64,000 nucleotides of DNA from Somniosus microcephalus. Its lineage: Eukaryota. The notes beneath the pieces are model-generated. The model worked only from the letters and a program-made list of their open reading frames with translations, made no database searches and was not told where the DNA came from. Location of the stretch: the NCBI GenBank assembly GCA_052327205.1, contig CM126218.1, forward strand, positions 79,484,001 to 79,548,000, given 5' to 3'. Both the position numbers and the translations under genes were made by a program. Of the stretch, positions 12,841 through 26,844 are shown in pieces; the first letter of the stretch is position 1; every line of letters begins with the position of its first letter.

Positions 12841-13484
12841 CATACAACTCCATCAAGAGCATTCACATATGAAGCTTAAATATATCCTTCAAATGGTGGA
12901 TACAGAGAACACTGCTGGTCTTGATGGCATAGGAGCTCAGTTTCTCAATATCCTGAGAATCTGAGCTTTTGAAAGCATTAGACATTAAATCGAGGCCAAG
13001 TCTGCCTGCTTAGGTGAAGGCAAAAGGTCCCATGGCACTATATGAAGAGGAGCAGGGAGTTCTCCAGAGTCCTGCTCCCTCTTAACGGGAAATGAGGAAG
13101 ATGTTTTAAGGACCATAGTAATTACTGATAAGGAAGTGATGGAAACTTTGAAGACAGTTGAGCCTGACAACTGTCTTGGGTAAAATGCTGGAGTCTACCC
13201 TGAAGAAGCATTATGTGAAACACTTAGAGAAGTATCAATTTATCAGGGCAAGTCAGCATAGCTTTATGGGGGAAGATCATGCTTGATAATCCTGTTAGAA
13301 TTATTTAAAGAAGTAGAGGAGCTTACAGATAAAGGGAAATCTGTGGACACTCTTTATCTAGACTTCAGCAGGGCTTATGACACAGTAACACTTACTAAAG
13401 TGGATTGACAAGTGGCTGCATTAAAGGAGGCAGAGGGTGGCTATGCATGGAGATGCATATAATGGCAGAACGTGACTAGTTTTT

Positions 13485-13973
13485 AAAAAATTCGCTCCTG
13501 GGGTGTGGGTGTTGCTGGCAAGGCCAGTATTTATTGCCCATCCCTAGTTGCCCTTGAGAAGGTGGTGGTGAGCTGCCTTCTTGAACTGCTGCAGTCCGTG
13601 TGGTGAAGGTACTCCCACAGTGCTGTGGGGGAGGGAATTCCAGGATTTTGACCCAGCGACGATGAAGGAACGCCGATAAATTTCCAAGTCAGGATGGTGT
13701 TCCAATTGGAGGGGAACTTGGAGGTGGTGGTGTTACCATGCGCCTGCTGCCCTTGTCCTTCTAGATGGTAGAAGTTGTGAGTTTGGGAGGAGCTGCCGAA
13801 GAAGACTTGGCGAGTTGCTGCAGTGCATCTTGTAGATAGTACACACTGCAGCCACGGTACGCTGGTGGTGGAGGGAGTGAATGTTTAAGGTGATGGATGG
13901 GGTGCCAATCAAACGGGCTGCTTTGTCCTGGATGGTGTCGAGCTTCTTGCGTGTTGTTGGTGCACTAAGCATC
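13485..13973 (-). mobile_element. LINE 3' fragment, same family as 270-895
   Basis: Near-identical to 270-760. Confidence 0.85.
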
Positions 13974-14853
13974 AGTGCTTGGATCTTTGCTATTCACACT
14001 GTGTATCGTTGAATTGGAATTGGAGATAGAGACAAAACTGTCAGAATTTGCCAATGACACCAAGGTGAGGGGAGATGCAAGCAATCAAGAGCAGGAAGGT
14101 CAGTTGCAGAAGAATCTCGATAGATTGGGCAGTTGGGCTAAGAATTGCCAAATATCTCAAACATCTCAAAGAAATCCACATACAATGAATTGCTGCTCAG
14201 TATGCTAACTGTTGTTATGCAGGCCAATGTGAAAACATTCTTACACACACAAAGATCACATAAAGAGCAATGAAGTGAATGTTCTGTTGCGAATCTGGTT
14301 TTGGTGGTTTTGGTGGAAGAAGGAATATTGCCAGGACACTGGGGGAATGCCTTGTTTTTCTTTGAAAAGAGTCATTGATTTCTTTCGGGGCTGGTTTTCA
14401 CCATTGCTGCCTTGGCAATAACATGCTAGTGCAGATTGCTTGCCCGTTGTTGAGTCTGTCTGGTTTTAGTTCCATTCAAATCAATGGAACAAAGATTGAG
14501 CGGGATCTACAAGGGGTGGGCAGTTCGCTCTGCCAAGTTACTTCCCATGTGGCAAAGTTGAAAATTACCCCCTTAATGTCTACCGGAACCACGAGAACAG
14601 GCCAGATAGGGTGTCGTTAAAAGGACAGCATTTTCAACCACGCTTTTTATTTACGATTTTTATTTCCATTGACTTCAATAAGAAGAGGTGTAAAACGGGC
14701 TATCGATTCACCATCACTCGTTTTACACTGTCGCACAAAGTCAAAATGACCCCCCTGGTGTGGGGCTTGAACCCAAAGACTTCTTACTCTGAGGTGAGAG
14801 TAACCAATTGAGCCAAGCTGTTCTGACTGAGGAATCTCAGTCAGAAAGTCATA

Positions 14854-15697
14854 GGGCTCGATTTTCATTGACCCGTGGAGTCGGGTTTGGAGGCGTGTGG
14901 GGGGTTAAATTCCCGAAATCGGGGGTCCCGACCCCATCCCGCCCCCAACCCGCCTCCATGCCAGTTTCAAAGGAGGTGGGTACCCACCCCGCAATGGGAC
15001 CCGCCTACCCGAGGCGGGAAGGGGATTAGTGCCAATTAACTGCCTGTTAACAGATAGTTAACAGGCGGTTTTTAGCCTAATCCCTATTTTTAAGCTTGAA
15101 CTGTGGGATTCCCGACGGCTCCAAACCACGCCAAGTTGGAGGAGTCGGGCGGTCGGATTGAAGGGCTTGGAGGGGTCGAGATGTCGGTGTTCAGGTGAGT
15201 GATGTGTGCATGAGTGCAAAGGTAAGTGTGTTTGGTGTGTCTAAAGTGATTAAAGAAGTTTTACATACCTGTACTTACCTTTTCAACCTTCCTTCCTTTA
15301 GGTTCGGGGAGTCCCTCATCTCACCGGCACAGAAAGCAGAATGGCTGCGATCTGTCAAAAGTGACAGCCTGCAGCTTTCTGTGCAAGAGAGATTTCTAAC
15401 TGAGTCTGTGGAGAAGGACTCATGTTAGAAGTAAGACTGTCAGTGTTTGGCAGCTTCAAACAGCTGTGAAACACTGATATTTCATCTGTCAAAAGGTCTT
15501 GACAGATGAAATTTCAGTCTGTGACGTCACCTGTTGCCGGGTGGCCCTTAATTGGCCTGCTGAGCCCGCTGGGCGGGCTCAACAAGGTCAATCAAGTTAA
15601 AATCGCGTGGATTGGCCGCATCTCGATGGAGGCGGGACTACAACCCCAAAAGTTGTAGTCCCGCCTCCAACCCGACTTCTGAATGAAAATCCAGCCC
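14854..15697. mobile_element. Harbinger-like MITE family A
   Basis: GGGCTCGATTTTCATT...AATGAAAATCCAGCCC; TSD ATA. Confidence 0.85.
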
Positions 15698-16864
15698 ATA
15701 GTATTACACAGTATTTACAGCACAGAAACAGGCCATTCGGCCCAACAGGTCTGTGTCGGTGTTGATGCTTCACACGAGCTTCCTCCCACCTTCATCTCAC
15801 ACTATCAACATATCTTTCCATTCCTTTCTCCTGACTGTACTTATCTAGCTTCCTTTAAAGTGAAGGAAATGGAAGGATTGTTCCAGGAGGATGTGCTCTT
15901 CTGAAATCGGAATTGAGGCACATCAAGTGGAGGAAGATTTACTCAGCATATAAACTGCATCATGCCTGATCCGGTAATGTTCAATGGTCACTTGACTGGC
16001 TGAAATGGCAAGTGTTCCATTCCTCAGCAGTAACATCCCTCACCTAGATGAGTATAAATTTCGCAATTACTTTTTATTGAAGGCATTAGTCGGACTCCAT
16101 TTGCATTATAATGTGCAATTCTGGTCTATTAATCATAGGAAGGATATTGTTGCCCTTGAGAGGGTACAGACGTGAGCAATTAAGATTATTTCAGGTATTG
16201 GGAATTTGAGTTATGAGGAAAGATTAAGGAAGTTGAACTGATTCTCTTTGGAAAAGAGAAAACTTTGAAGTGACATAATTGTAGTTTTCATGATTACGAA
16301 GTTAATTCAGACAAATTGTGCATGATAGTGAAAGGTTCAGATGCCAAGGGACATAGGTTAAAAATTAGGAAGTTAAGAGTCAGAAGGGAAATCAGGCAGA
16401 ACTTTTTTCACCCAGAGGGTAATGGAGTCGTGGAATAAGTTACCAGGGAAGGCAACAGAAGTGAATACGTTCAAGGGACAGTTAATGAGTTTGATTTTCT
16501 CCGTCCCTATTTCATAAGCGTCCATTAAAACATCTGCATAAATTCCTGTCGATGCCATCTTCACTCATCAACAAACTCATTTAAAATAAAATCGAACATC
16601 GCGAAGGGATTAAACCCCTAGATGTATTTCTGGAGCGAAAAGGGTTCAAGGGATGCAGTGAGGAGGCCCATAGGTGGGAAGGGGTGAGCCATCAAAAAAA
16701 AACACAGAACTGGTTTGGGTCGAGTGGCCTTTGCTTGTTTCTAAAATGTCTTGCGTTCCTGTATGGTGGGATACCAGCTTCTCAATCACAACAAACTGTT
16801 GTCAGGTCACCAATTTGAATTCAGAGCTTGGGACTCTTTCAACGTTATGGCCCAGAAATTAAAT

Positions 16865-17633
16865 AGGCTGGATTTTGCCAGCCCTGGGGAGGTGGGTTTA
16901 GAGGCGGGACTGCTGGGAAAATGGCAGAATTTGGGGGCGGGTGCCCAGCCTGCCCCCAACTCGCCTCCATGCCATCTTCCCAGGAGGCGGATAGTCGACC
17001 CCTGCCGGGTCCCGCCTCCTCGAGACGGGAAGGGGATTAATGCCAATTAACTGCCTGTTAACAGATAGTTAACAGGCAGTTTTTTGGCTAATCCCTATTT
17101 TGAGCCCTAAAGTGTGGGCTTCCCGACGGCTCCGAACCTCGCCAGGGTCAGCGAGGCGGGCCGTCGGTCTGCGGGAGTCAGAGGGGCCAAGATGTCCGGT
17201 GTGCAGGTGAGTAATGGGTGCATGTGTGTAGAAGTAAATGTGTGCGGTGTGTGTAAAGTGTTTTAATAAGTTTTACTTACCTTTACTTCTTCCTGCAGGC
17301 TTCCTCCCTTCAGGTCGCGGGAGCTCACCGGCACAGAAAACAGAATGGCCGCTGAACTGTCAAAAGCTGCAGCCTTCTGCTTTCTGTTTGAGTCTTTAGT
17401 AAAGACACAACTTAGAAGACAGATTGTCAGTGTTTGACAGCTTCACAGAGCTGTCAAACGATGACATTTCATCTGTCAAAAGCTCTTGACAGATGAAACG
17501 GCACTCGCTGACGTCACCTGTAACTGGCTTTCCCTTAATTGGCCTGCTGGTCAATCAAGGGAAAATGGCATGGGTTGGCCACAAGTCGATGGAGTCCCGC
17601 CTCCAAAAGCTCCCCATTGAGAAAATCCAGCCC
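16865..17633. mobile_element. Harbinger-like MITE family A
   Basis: GGCTGGATTTT...AAAATCCAGCCC; TSD not clean. Confidence 0.75.
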
Positions 17634-17822
17634 ACAGATTCGACTGATGGTCCCACACCAACGTGACCTCTGGGAATTTGAACTCCATTTAATCCAGCAT
17701 CCTATTTATTTTGTTTATTGCCCTTTCACCCACACATGCTTGACTCTCTGGTCCTGATGTCCTGTTGTTCTTTGCCTTTGTTGTTCACTTTCTCCCCCTC
17801 ACCCTCCCCACCACAAATTAAG

Positions 17823-19045
17823 TGCCGGAGCCTCATCTATTTACAATCTATATTAATGACTTGGATGAAGGGACCGAGTGTAATGTAGCCAAATTTGCTG
17901 ATGATACAAAGATAGGTGGGAAAGCAAGTTGTGAAGAGGACACAAAGAATCTGCAAAGGGATACAGACAGGCTAAGTGAGTGGGCAAACATTTGGCAGAT
18001 GGAGTATAATGTGGGAAAATGCGAGGTTATCCACTTTGGTAGGAAAAATAAAAAGTCAAATTATTATTTAAATGGAGAGAGATTACAAAATGCTGCAGTA
18101 CAGCGGGACCTGGGGGTCCTTGTACATGAAACACAAACGTTAGCATGCAGGTACAGCAAGTAAGTAGGAAGGCAAATGGAATGTTGGCCTTTATTGCAAG
18201 GGGGATGGAGTATAAACGTAGGAAAGTCTTGCTACAACTGTACAGGTTATTGGTGAGACCACACCTGGAGTACTGCGTACAGTTTTGGTCTCCTTATTTA
18301 AGGAGGGATATACTTGCATTGGAGGCAGTTAAGAGAAGGTTCACTAGGTTGATTCCCGAGATGAAGGGGTTGTCTTATGAAGAAAGGTTGAGCAGGTTGG
18401 GCCTATACTCATTGGAGTTTAGAAGAATGAGAGGTGATCTTATTGAAACATATAAGATTCTGAGAGGGCTTGACAGGGTAGATGCTGAGAGGATGTTTCC
18501 CCTCATGGGGGAATCTAGAGCTAGGGGGCATAGTTTCAGAATAAGGGGTCGCCCATTTAAAACGGAAATGAGGAGGAATTTCTTCTCTCAGAGGGTCGTG
18601 AATCTGTGGAATTCTCTATCCCAGAGAGCTGTGGAGGCTGGGTCATTGAATATATTTAAGGCAGAGTGACGTGAGAAAACTACTAGGCACTTGGTCAAGG
18701 CTTTAATCAACTGTTTTTCAACATGGAGATCTAGTTGTGTCCTTCACTAGTTCCTGTTAAAGAATGTCCTGAGCAAGCTGGGCCCATGCCCGAGTATTTA
18801 TACTCTCCCTGGACAGCACCACCAGCAGGCCGCCCAGTATTACTTCATAAGTCATTTCCACATGAATGACAAGATTCATGTCACAGAGATAGACAGATTT
18901 TTGAACGATAAGGGAGTCAAGGGTTATGGGGAACGGGCAGGGAAGTGGAGTTGAGGCCAAGATCTGATCAGCCACGATCTTATTGAATGGCGGAGCAGGC
19001 TCAAGGGGCTGAATAGCCTGCTCCTGCTCCTATTTCTTATGTTCT
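17823..19045 (+). mobile_element. CR1 LINE 3' part (RT C-terminus + 3' UTR)
   Basis: LFTIYINDLD...KFADDTK; RPHLEYCVQFWSP; NFFSQRVVNLWNSL; frameshifted and interrupted by a solo LTR. Confidence 0.92.
18667..18883 (-). mobile_element. Solo LTR (217 bp) inserted in a CR1 tail
   Basis: TGACGTGA...TCATGTCA termini; 5-bp TSD CAGAG; TATAAATA and ATTAAA on the minus strand. Confidence 0.8.
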
Positions 19046-20453
19046 AAGTAACTTGTACTTGGAGAAGAAAAATGAAATGCTTTCATTTATATAGCACCGC
19101 ACCACATCATTGAAACATCTGGGGACAGGCTTGATGGACCAGCCGGTCTTTTCCTGCCCGTCATTTCCGTATGTTGGTACGGTAGACTAGCAGGCCTTGA
19201 CATCTCTACAGATCCTGGATGAGCCACCAGGTGTTTAAAAATAAATCGAGAAGCCGTGTACTGGCTCTAGCTATCAGCCATTGCTGGATGTAACCATGGA
19301 AACTCTGCTGCCTTGACTGCCCACAAGCATTCTGGAGTGTCAACAGCATAATAAAAGCTTGCTGATGCTGCACAGTTGATCTAGAGCAAAAAATTAATGC
19401 AACCCAAAATGGAGAAAGAAAATACTGCCCGTAGTGAATCCAAGCTTATAATTTTTTAACTATGTTACAAATCATGCATGCATTTCATATAGATTATGAC
19501 ATGTAAATTTGTTGAATGTTACTTTTGTTCTATGAGTGAGGAAATCCACTCTTCCCTGACTCCTTCATCTATAGTCTTTCCTTGAGATTTTCCTGAAGGT
19601 TGCTGGGTCAGGATTATCTTTTTGAGAGTTTGGCTGCCCTGTTTGTGACGTCGTTACTTGTTCAGCGTGTGCACTCGTGGATTCCACACGTTCTTTCGGG
19701 TGATTATGGTGTTCCAGTATAGCTGGTGAATGAACCTTATGCACAGATTCCACTTCTCTCTCGACGCATCAAATGGCAGAATCTGCAACTATTAATTTGA
19801 TCCGATGGTCTTGTGTTTTTTTTTAATAACTTTTAAACGAAAAGAAATGAGCCCATTTTCTCCCAGCCTCTTCTGAAGGCACTGACTCATGGTTAAAGTT
19901 GCAAATATATTAGAAATATACGACCATGTAATCTTTCAGGGAGGAACATCATCAAGGATCAGCTGAATGGACCATTCTAACTGCCAATGACCTTCAGCCA
20001 AACAAAATGTCCCCAAAATGGCTGATTTGAAGGGTGGTTCTGCCCTGAGAACTTTCTGCTGTTGTGACAATGATCAAGTGGCCGAGCTTGGGGCAGAGGT
20101 GAAAATGATCCTTGAATTTTAATTTTGACTGTCTTTAAACTCGTAACGAAATGTTCTATGGCTGTAGTCTGATTGCAATGTTAGAAGCAGATTAGAATTC
20201 CCAAAATGCGTAGGAGAACATCAAATCAGTGAGAAAACAAAGCAGGGGTGTGTTTGTCCAACAGCTTCCTGTTCCTATGAAAGCAATCAGCAATGGTTAT
20301 CAAGATTGGCATGGGTGAGGAAGGCCCATCAGCCTATTTGTTCTCATCCTTCTGAAATATCAAGCTTACTATCTTCCCATTACAGCATCTTGTTGTTTCT
20401 TGAATAAAGCAAAGTGGCTGCCAGTGATTGCCAAGAAGAAAGGTTGAGACCAA

Positions 20454-21300
20454 GGGGTAGATTTTCCGTAAGCTGTCGGGAAGGAGGCGGGACTTCAACT
20501 TTCGGGTTTTAGTCCCGCCTACATCAACGTCCAGCCAATCCGCACGATGTTCCCTTGATTGACCTTGTTGAGCCCACCCAGCGGGCTCAGCAGGCCAATT
20601 AAGGGCCACCCGGCAACAGGTGCCGTCACAGACTGAAATTTCATCTGTCAAGAGTTCTTGACAGATGAAATATCAGTGTTTCACAGCTGTTTGAAGCTGT
20701 CAAACACTGACAGTCTGACTTCTAACCTGAGTCCTTCTACACAGACTCAGTTAGAAGTCTCACCGGCAATGAAAGCTGAAGGCTGTCACTTTTGACAGAT
20801 TGCAGCCACTTTGCTTTCAGTGCCGGCTGAGTGATGGACTCCCGAAACCTAGAGGAAGAAAGGCTGTTAAGGTAAGTACAGGTAATTTAAACTTCTTTAC
20901 ACACTTTAGACACACCAAATACACTTACCTTTGCACTCATGCACCCATCACTCACCTGAACACCGACATCACGACCCCTGCAAGTCCTTCAACCCGACGG
21001 CCCGGCCCGCCTGCTCTAACCTGGCGTGGTTTGGAGCCGTCGGGAAGCCCACACGACACCCCTCAAAATAGGGATTAGGCTAAAAACTGCCTGTTAACTA
21101 CCTGTTAACAGGCAGTTAATTGGCACTAATCCCTTCCTGCCTCGGGTCGGCGGGCCCCAGTGCAGGGCAGGTACCCGCCTCCCCTGAAACTTACGTGGAG
21201 GCGGGTCTTGGGCGGGATGGTGTCGGGACCCCCGAAATCGGGATTTTCCCCCCCCCACACACCTGAAACCCCGCCTGACGGCTCCAGGAAAATCTACCTC
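20454..21300. mobile_element. Harbinger-like MITE family A
   Basis: GGGGTAGATTTTCC...GGAAAATCTACCTC; TSD CAA. Confidence 0.85.
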
Positions 21301-21607
21301 CAAGTGTCCTTGCCTCATCCACTCTTCCCGACAACACGTATGAGCTGTTATTCAGCATCTGTGTCAAGAAATACTTTTTGATATTGGTCCTACATTTTCC
21401 TTTCAGAATTGTAAACCAGTGCCCTCTTGTCCTGCTGCCCTGGCACATCTTTTGTTTCTGATTATAGTTTCCATTAGTGTTCTGAGTATTGAGGTCAAGC
21501 TAATAGGTTTTCAAGTACTGTACCAGGAATGGCTTCATCAACATTTTCATTGAGTATTGGAACTACATTTTGGGAATTTCCAATCTGTCATAACCTCACC
21601 ATTGGAG

Positions 21608-22052
21608 ATAGGGGATCTTAGCTACAAGGACAGGTTGGAGAAGTTGGATTTGTTTTCATTAGAGCAAAGGAGGTTGAGAGGTGATTTGATAGAGGTGTAC
21701 AAGATTATGACGGGTGTGGATAGGCTAGACATGGAAAGGCTGTTCCCACTAGTTGATGGTACAAGGACTAGGGGATGCAGATTTAAGGTTTTAAGAAATA
21801 CAGGGGGTACGTGAGGAAAAGCTTTTTTACGCAGCGAGTGGTGAGGACCTGGAACTTGCTGCCGACAGAAGTGGTGGAAGCAGACACACTCAATGTTTTC
21901 AAGGGGAGACTGGGTAGGCACTTGAGGGAAATAAACTTGCAGGGTTACGGGGATAGAGCAGGGGAATGGGACTGACTGGATTGCTCTACAGAGAGCCGGC
22001 ACGGACTCGATGGGCCGAATGGCCTCCTTCTGTACCATTATGACTCTATGAC
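21608..22052 (+). mobile_element. CR1 LINE 3' fragment
   Basis: LSYKDRLEKLDLFSLEQRRLRGDLIEVYKI plus 3' UTR. Confidence 0.85.
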
Positions 22053-22145
22053 TCCTTCAATATGATAGTCAGTGCTTCACAATCTCCTCTTTCGTTGCTC
22101 AAAGTTCATTTATTTTGGAGGCTTTATTGGTTTTCTGATCAAAGC

Positions 22146-22740
22146 CTACAGTTATACAGGACCTTGGTGAGACCACACCTGGAGCACTGTGTGCAGGTTT
22201 CGTCTCCTTACCTAAGAAAGGATATACTTGCCATAGAGGGGGTGCAGCAAAGGTTCACCAGGCTGATTCTTGGGATGGCAGGACTGTCATATGAGGAGAG
22301 ATTGGGTCGACTAGGCCTGTATTCACTAGAGTTTAGAAGAATGAAAGGGGATCTCATTGAAACGTATAAAATTCTGACAGGGCTAGACAGACTGGATGCA
22401 GGGAGGATGTTTCCCCTGGCTGGGGGCTCTAGAACGAGAGGTCACAATCTCAGGATACGGGGTAGGACATTTAGGACTGAGATGAGGAGAAATTTCTTCA
22501 CTCAGAGGGTGGTGAACCTGTGGAATTTTCTACCACAGAAGGCTGTGGAGGCCAAGTCACTGAATATATTTAAGAAGGAGATAGATAGATTTCTAGACGC
22601 AAAAGGCGTCAAGGGGTATGGGGAGAGAGCGGGAATATGGTATTGAGATACAGGATCAGCCATGATCATATTGAATGGTAGAGCAGGCTCGAAGGGCCGA
22701 CTGGCCTACTGCTCTTCCTATTTTTCTATGTTTCTATGTT
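22146..22740 (+). mobile_element. CR1 LINE 3' fragment
   Basis: RPHLEHCVQ...NFFTQRVVNLWN; TTTCTATG tail repeats. Confidence 0.9.
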
Positions 22741-23740
22741 TAAGCCAACGTAGAATCTCTGCTTTAGGGAAATCAATGTCCTGAAACACACCCAATGTAG
22801 GTTTGATGCTGAATGGTATGTTGTCAGTAGCCTCCCTGGTTTAAAAAATCTTCTAAGTCATTATTTAGCATGTTTATTAACTATCTTCTATTCATCCTCA
22901 TATTCAACTCTATTTAAACTTACTTCCTGATGATGCCTTGCCATTCTAGAATTTACTACCATGTTTCGCATCTGCTGTGAGAACTAGATGCAATGAACTT
23001 AACACTGTGCTTAACTGAAGACATAACATTCAAGCATGAAGGTAGATCCAGGTGGATAGAGGTAGTGCATAAAAAACACCAAGCTATACAGACCAGAAGA
23101 TCCCAGGTGTTGAGTTTGAGCTCTTCCCAGTTGTGGAGTGTCCCTTGGGTTCAGCGCCTTGAGAGCATGATCAGGTGTGACTGTTTTGCCCATTTCTGAT
23201 CAATAGCAAGCTAACACTCGCTGCCTAGTCTCACTTGACTCATGTGAAGAGTGACCACTTGGGCAAGTCTGAAGAGGATAGCTCGGAGAAGCCAGACTGT
23301 TCCCCAGCATAAATCAGATCTTCCAAGAGAGGAGGGCAGCTATATATTATATATATATAACACATTCTATTGGATGTTTCTTCCATGGGCAGGGTTCACT
23401 AATGTCTATGTAATATTATTATTTGGATCTTGTTCCTTTGTTGGAGGGGGGAGAACAAATATTATACAAATATTAACCTGTCCATGGCAACATGCTGAAT
23501 CCTTTCTTTCTTTCCCTTTACTCCTCCTCCTCCCGCCCCCCCGCACCTTGTTTTCCATTCTTGTCATTGTATAGAGGGCCGTGCTTTAATATCAAAGACA
23601 GAAAGAAAAACATGAGTGCCAGAAATCTGAAATAAAAATGGAAAATGCCAGACATGCATAATAAAGACATCAACTTCAGAAAGAGAATGAGATGTTAACA
23701 ATATATTAGCATTTGGGTTTTGGTGAAAGCCTTCCAAGTG

Positions 23741-24121
23741 GCTTCCCTCCATGGCCTCGCTCCTCCCTTTCTCTGTAATCGCCTCCAGCCCTACAACCAC
23801 CCCCCCCCCCCGAGATATCTGTGCTCCTCTAATTCTGGCCTCTTGAGCATCCCTGATTTTAATCGCTCCCCCATTGGCGGCCGTGCCTTCAGCTGCCTGG
23901 TCCCTAAGCTTTGGAATTTCCTCCTCTCTGCCTCTCTACCTCTCTTTCCTCTTTTAAGATGCTCCTTAACACCTACCTCTTTGACCAAGCTTTTGGTCAC
24001 CTGCCCTAATTTCTCCTTATGTGGCTCGGTGTCAAATTTTGTCTTATAACGCTCCTGTGAAGCGCCTTGGGAACGTTTTACTACATTAAAGGCGCTGTAT
24101 AAATACAAGCTGTTGTTGCTG
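23741..24121 (+). mobile_element. L2-type LINE 3' end
   Basis: Same family as 9950-10268. Confidence 0.8.
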
Positions 24122-26844
24122 CAAACAAATATCACCAAGTTATTTTCTAAATTTAGGAACAAATTCCAAGTGATTGAGAAGCTGTCTATATCAGAATGAT
24201 GTAGATGAGAAGTTTCCCTTTTTATGACAGACAGCACTATAACAACACCCCAGTGCACTGTGGGATTGAAGTCATGGGGTGCGATGTTCGTAACTAATGC
24301 ATTAATGTATCATATGAAATCCTTTCATCTGTTATTCTACATGCGATGACACTGTTGTTAAAATGCTGGACAAAGGACTTGCAGAACTCATATCTCACAA
24401 CACGGTTTAAACTCGCGATACAAAAACAGAAAATGCTGGGAATACACCTTCGATCCATCTGCATCTGAAAGAGAAAAGACTGGTTAATGGTCCGGATAGG
24501 ACCTTCGACTGTTTCTTATTTCAGATTTCGAGCATTCTGCACCTTTTTTTTCCTCTCCTTTTGTTATCTCTACTCTGTGTCACGAGTGACTATATTTCAG
24601 GAGCCTTGACATGGTGATTTGCCAACTGCTTTAGCATTTTAATTTGCAGTCGGGCCTCCTGTTTTAACCTGAATTTTTTTTTAGATGTACAATATTTTCT
24701 TGGCTTTGTGTGATGTGTGCGGGAGAGGGTGGGTGAGGGGGGGGGGGGGGGGGAAGCATGTGTTTTGTAAAAAATATATCTATATATATAGACAAAGTTG
24801 TGTGAGAGTGGCAGGCTTAATTTCAAAGCATGAGCAGTGGAGAAAAAAGGAAATTAAGTACTCGGAGGGTGAAAGGCCAGGCATCAGACAGCTGGTCCAT
24901 GGCACTGGGACAGAATTTCACATTTTCTGTACTCTGAGCTGGAACAAAAGACTGGGTTGGATGGAATATAAAAAATATATATTAAAAAAAACAGGTGATG
25001 ATCAGAGTCTACTGATAAAGGGAGCCTGTGTGCTCTTGGGTGCTGTGTGCATTCAATTCCAGACTGACTCCTTTTATGCTAATGCAGCCAATTTCCTCTT
25101 TTATTTCATTTATGGAGCCTAAATCTGTGATCTCTGATAAGGTTTCCTAGGAAACCGCCTTCACTCAAAAAAAAAACTCGGCTGATGGAGATGTGTAACT
25201 TGCAGTGAACAGCGTATGAATAATTTAAAAGCTATGCCCGGAGATTTGAGGGAGAAAAAAAAACGGCACGATAACAGACACCACAGGGTACCGCTGTTTA
25301 TTCAAGGCTTCATCTTCCACTGACAAGTGACCTACAAGGTCAAGGGCATGCTGGGATATCTAACCAACACTAGCAAAGGTACCAGGCTCCCTCAGGATTA
25401 AAAAATAAGAGAAAAGATTCAGTCGCAGGTGAAAGAAAGAAAGAAAGAATAAGCTATCCTGAATTCTCAAAAAAGCTTTACCTCATCTGTATCCTTTAAT
25501 GTCCCTGTTACTTTGTAGAAAGGGACATTAAACAAAAGCAGTGTTTATGCTAAAGATTCCATATTTCTACAGGGTGTGTACAGTCATCTAGCAAATAGAG
25601 CAATTGGAGTGCGACAGGCCAATAAAAGCTCAGCGTAGTCGTTTCTGATCTAGGGGAGCTCCACTGTGAGATGTCAAGGCCACGTTACCTATTTTAAATA
25701 GAGATGTCTCACATATACACTATATGAGGTCAAAGAATATATTTTGGCACCGCTCAAATGATGGCTGCCCACTTGTGCTTATTATACTGTATAAAGTATG
25801 CCCTACCTCTTATAGGGTTCCTTACACAGACTACAAAACTGTTTATAGTCAATCTATGGCAGGTAGGGGAGAAGAGAGTGGGGGGGCGACCCGCACAGCA
25901 GCAGAGAGAGTTACTGAGTCTGTAGAGACTTAATTCACTGTGGATCTGACATTATCATTATCAACCATACACGAAAATCACTAACTTATAAACCCTAAGG
26001 GACAAGTGCTCAAAAAGTTATAGGTGTTTAAATGTCTCCTTGAACTGATAGTAAATAGCTACCATTGTCTATTTTTAAATATCACCAATCCTAGGGTGCA
26101 ACTATATTCTGCTGTTACAGAACCATACAGTGGCCACAATGCATATACTACTGGGTAGCAAAGTAACAGGGTCATTTTTTTTATATATATATAAAGAAAT
26201 TGCCTTATGCGGAACAGCAGATGGAAATCCACATTCTGTGTGCCAGTGTACTATGGCAAAAGACAGCCATCTTGTTATTCCATTCTAATAATACGTGACC
26301 ACAGCCCAATGCTCATCAGTGCTTACGTAGAAAAGGCAGATTTGAAGCACGGGAGCTATGCCATGAAAGTAGGACAAGGCCGGTGTAGATTCAAAATGGT
26401 GAATAACCAACCAATTTAGGAACAATGTCAGAAAGTTCCTTTCTTTGCAAAGTAATGGTTAATACTTAGAATGGGCTTCCTGGTAGGAGAGTGAAGGCAA
26501 CACACTGGAGTATTTTAAGTTGGATACTGTGATGGTTGCATTGTAGGTTTTACAAGATGGATGAGCTAAGATGGACCAATTGGTCATCCTCATACATACT
26601 TAGCTTGTCCTCTTGTGAGCCGAATCCCGTTCCTATAAACCTTGTTCAACAGGTTGCTGATCGCGTGGTCAAAGTACCTTGTGATGTGTAGGCTGTGCCC
26701 AGTCTCCCTGCTGTGCATTTTCTGCCATTGTAATGATCTTGAGGAGATAGAAGTGACCTTAATGCTCACTGATTCTACAACATATTGTACCTTATAGTGG
26801 GAGCACGTTGGGTTTCACCCTTGAGGTCTGAGTTACAGTTTTTA

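Larger units (their letters stand above)
13080..16750 (+). mobile_element. Old fragmented CR1 LINE RT region with nested insertions
   Basis: Collinear decayed pieces: SQHSF...YLDFSRAYDTV (13180-13390), VLGSLLF...FANDTK (13975-14150), ALVGLHLHYNVQFWS and the 3' tail (16070-16750). Confidence 0.7.

Noticed and set aside
17822-18669. Functional reverse transcriptase gene
   Set aside because: 5'-truncated, frameshifted CR1 fragment interrupted by a solo LTR.
19565-19790. Possible minus-strand coding exon
   Set aside because: In-frame TGA between the candidate acceptor and the ORF; no recognisable protein.
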